DNA of 64,000 bases from Chiloscyllium plagiosum. Its lineage: Eukaryota. Both the position numbers and the translations under genes were made by a program. Shown here piece by piece: positions 62,963 to 64,000 of the stretch. Position 1 is the stretch's first letter. Each line of letters begins with the position of its first letter. The notes under the pieces were generated by a model that was not told the DNA's origin, searched no databases, and worked only from the letters and a program-made list of their open reading frames with translations. The stretch spans positions 25,966,599 through 26,030,598 of the forward strand of contig NC_057749.1 of assembly GCF_004010195.1 (NCBI RefSeq), given 5' to 3'.

Positions 62963-63560
62963 TAGTTCTGATTCCTAGGATGGCAGGACTGGCATTTAAA
63001 GAAAGATTTGGACTATATTCACTGGGAGTGTCAAAGAATGAGGGTGGGTGCCAATCCCATGGAAATCTATAAAATTCGAATAGGACCGGACAAGATAAAC
63101 ATCAAGGATATCCCTGATGGCTAGATGGCCTGGAACTAGGGATCACTGTCTAGGAATATGGGTTAAAAATCAGACAACACCAGGTTATAGTCCAACAGGT
63201 TTAATTGGAAGCACGAGCTTTCTGAGCGCCGTTCCTTCATCAGGTGGTTGTGAAGGAGCAGCGCTCCGAAAGCTAGTGCTTCCAATTAAACCTGTTGGAC
63301 TATAACCTGGTGTTGTGTGATTTTTAACTTTGTACACCCCAGTCCAACACCGGCATCTCCAAATCATAAGAATATGGGGTAAGCCTTATAAAATTGAGAC
63401 AAGGAGAAATGTCTCATCCAGAGAGTGGTGAGCCTGTGGAATTCTCTGCCACAGAAAACGGCTGAGGTCAAAACATTTTCAAGAAGGAGTTAGGGCTGAA
63501 GGGATCAAAGGGTATGTGGAGAAAGCGGAATTGGATGATCAGCCTCAATCATATTGAAAG
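62963..63560 (+). mobile_element. CR1 3' fragment split by a family B hairpin (63162-63367)
   Basis: attcctaggatggcaggactg..tgtggaattctctgccacagaaa; gaatatggg duplication. Confidence 0.8.
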
Positions 63561-63564
63561 CTGC

Positions 63565-64000
63565 AGATACAGTCACATAGATGGGTTAACTCCAGGAAGG
63601 ATAAGAGAGGTAGGCAGGTAATGCAGGAGTCTTCTGTGGCTATTCCCATTTCAAACAATTATGCCATTTTGGAAAATGTGATGGATTCTCAGAGGAATGT
63701 AGCACGAGCAGCCAAGTTTCTGGTATTGGGATGGGCTCTAATGTAATGAGGGGTATGTCGGGTTCAAATAAATCGATTGTGTTAGGGGATTCTCTGGTCT
63801 GAGGCACAGACAGATGTTTCTGTGGCCAGCAGCAAAAAATCAGAGTGGTGTGTTTCTTCCCTGGTGCCAGGATGAAGGATGTTTCAGAGAGGGTGCAGAA
63901 TGTTCTCAAGGGTGTCATTGTACACATCGGAAACAACATAGGAAGGGAAAAGGTGAGATTCTGAAGGGAGAATGGAGAGAGTTAGACAGGAATTTTAAAA
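63565..64000 (+). mobile_element. CR1 LINE ORF1 esterase (GDSL/SGNH) region, degenerate, continuing past the window
   Basis: VAIPISNNYAIL..IVLGDSLV*GTDRCFCG..VVCFFPGARMKDVSERVQNVLKG. Confidence 0.85.

Noticed and set aside
4415..63367. Recurrent short ORFs (..LLGCCLTCCAFPA.., ..HIFGLWEET.., ..HTTPGYSPTGL..) as a peptide gene family
   Set aside because: They are translations of PLE tails and HE1 SINEs, in inconsistent frames and strands.

Overview
Eukaryotic, repeat-saturated genomic DNA from a cartilaginous fish, almost certainly a shark. The diagnostic repeats are HE1 V-SINEs, HER1/CR1 LINEs and Deu-domain SINEs. There are three assembly gaps and no intact cellular protein-coding gene is recognisable. 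The left end (about 150-720) is a CpG-island promoter carrying a minus-strand non-coding first exon (donor at 158, two uORFs) and a canonical TATA+Inr core promoter facing the plus strand. The rest is mainly nested transposon debris: CR1/HER1, an L2/CR1-group LINE with a partner SINE, Rex1/Babar, Tx1, pogo/Tigger and PIF/Harbinger. It also holds a tRNA-Ser pseudogene and a histone H3 pseudogene with six perfect 36-bp repeats. The most striking signal is roughly 45 short Penelope-like (PLE) 3'-end insertions, counted by eye. Many are head-to-head inverted hairpins with variable target-site duplications. They belong to at least four families, each with a minimal type-I hammerhead ribozyme motif showing co-varying stems and a palindromic stem III. 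Some are inter-family chimeras, and one appears to have duplicated flanking DNA. All family assignments come from reading the sequence, not from database searches, and boundaries of old elements are approximate.
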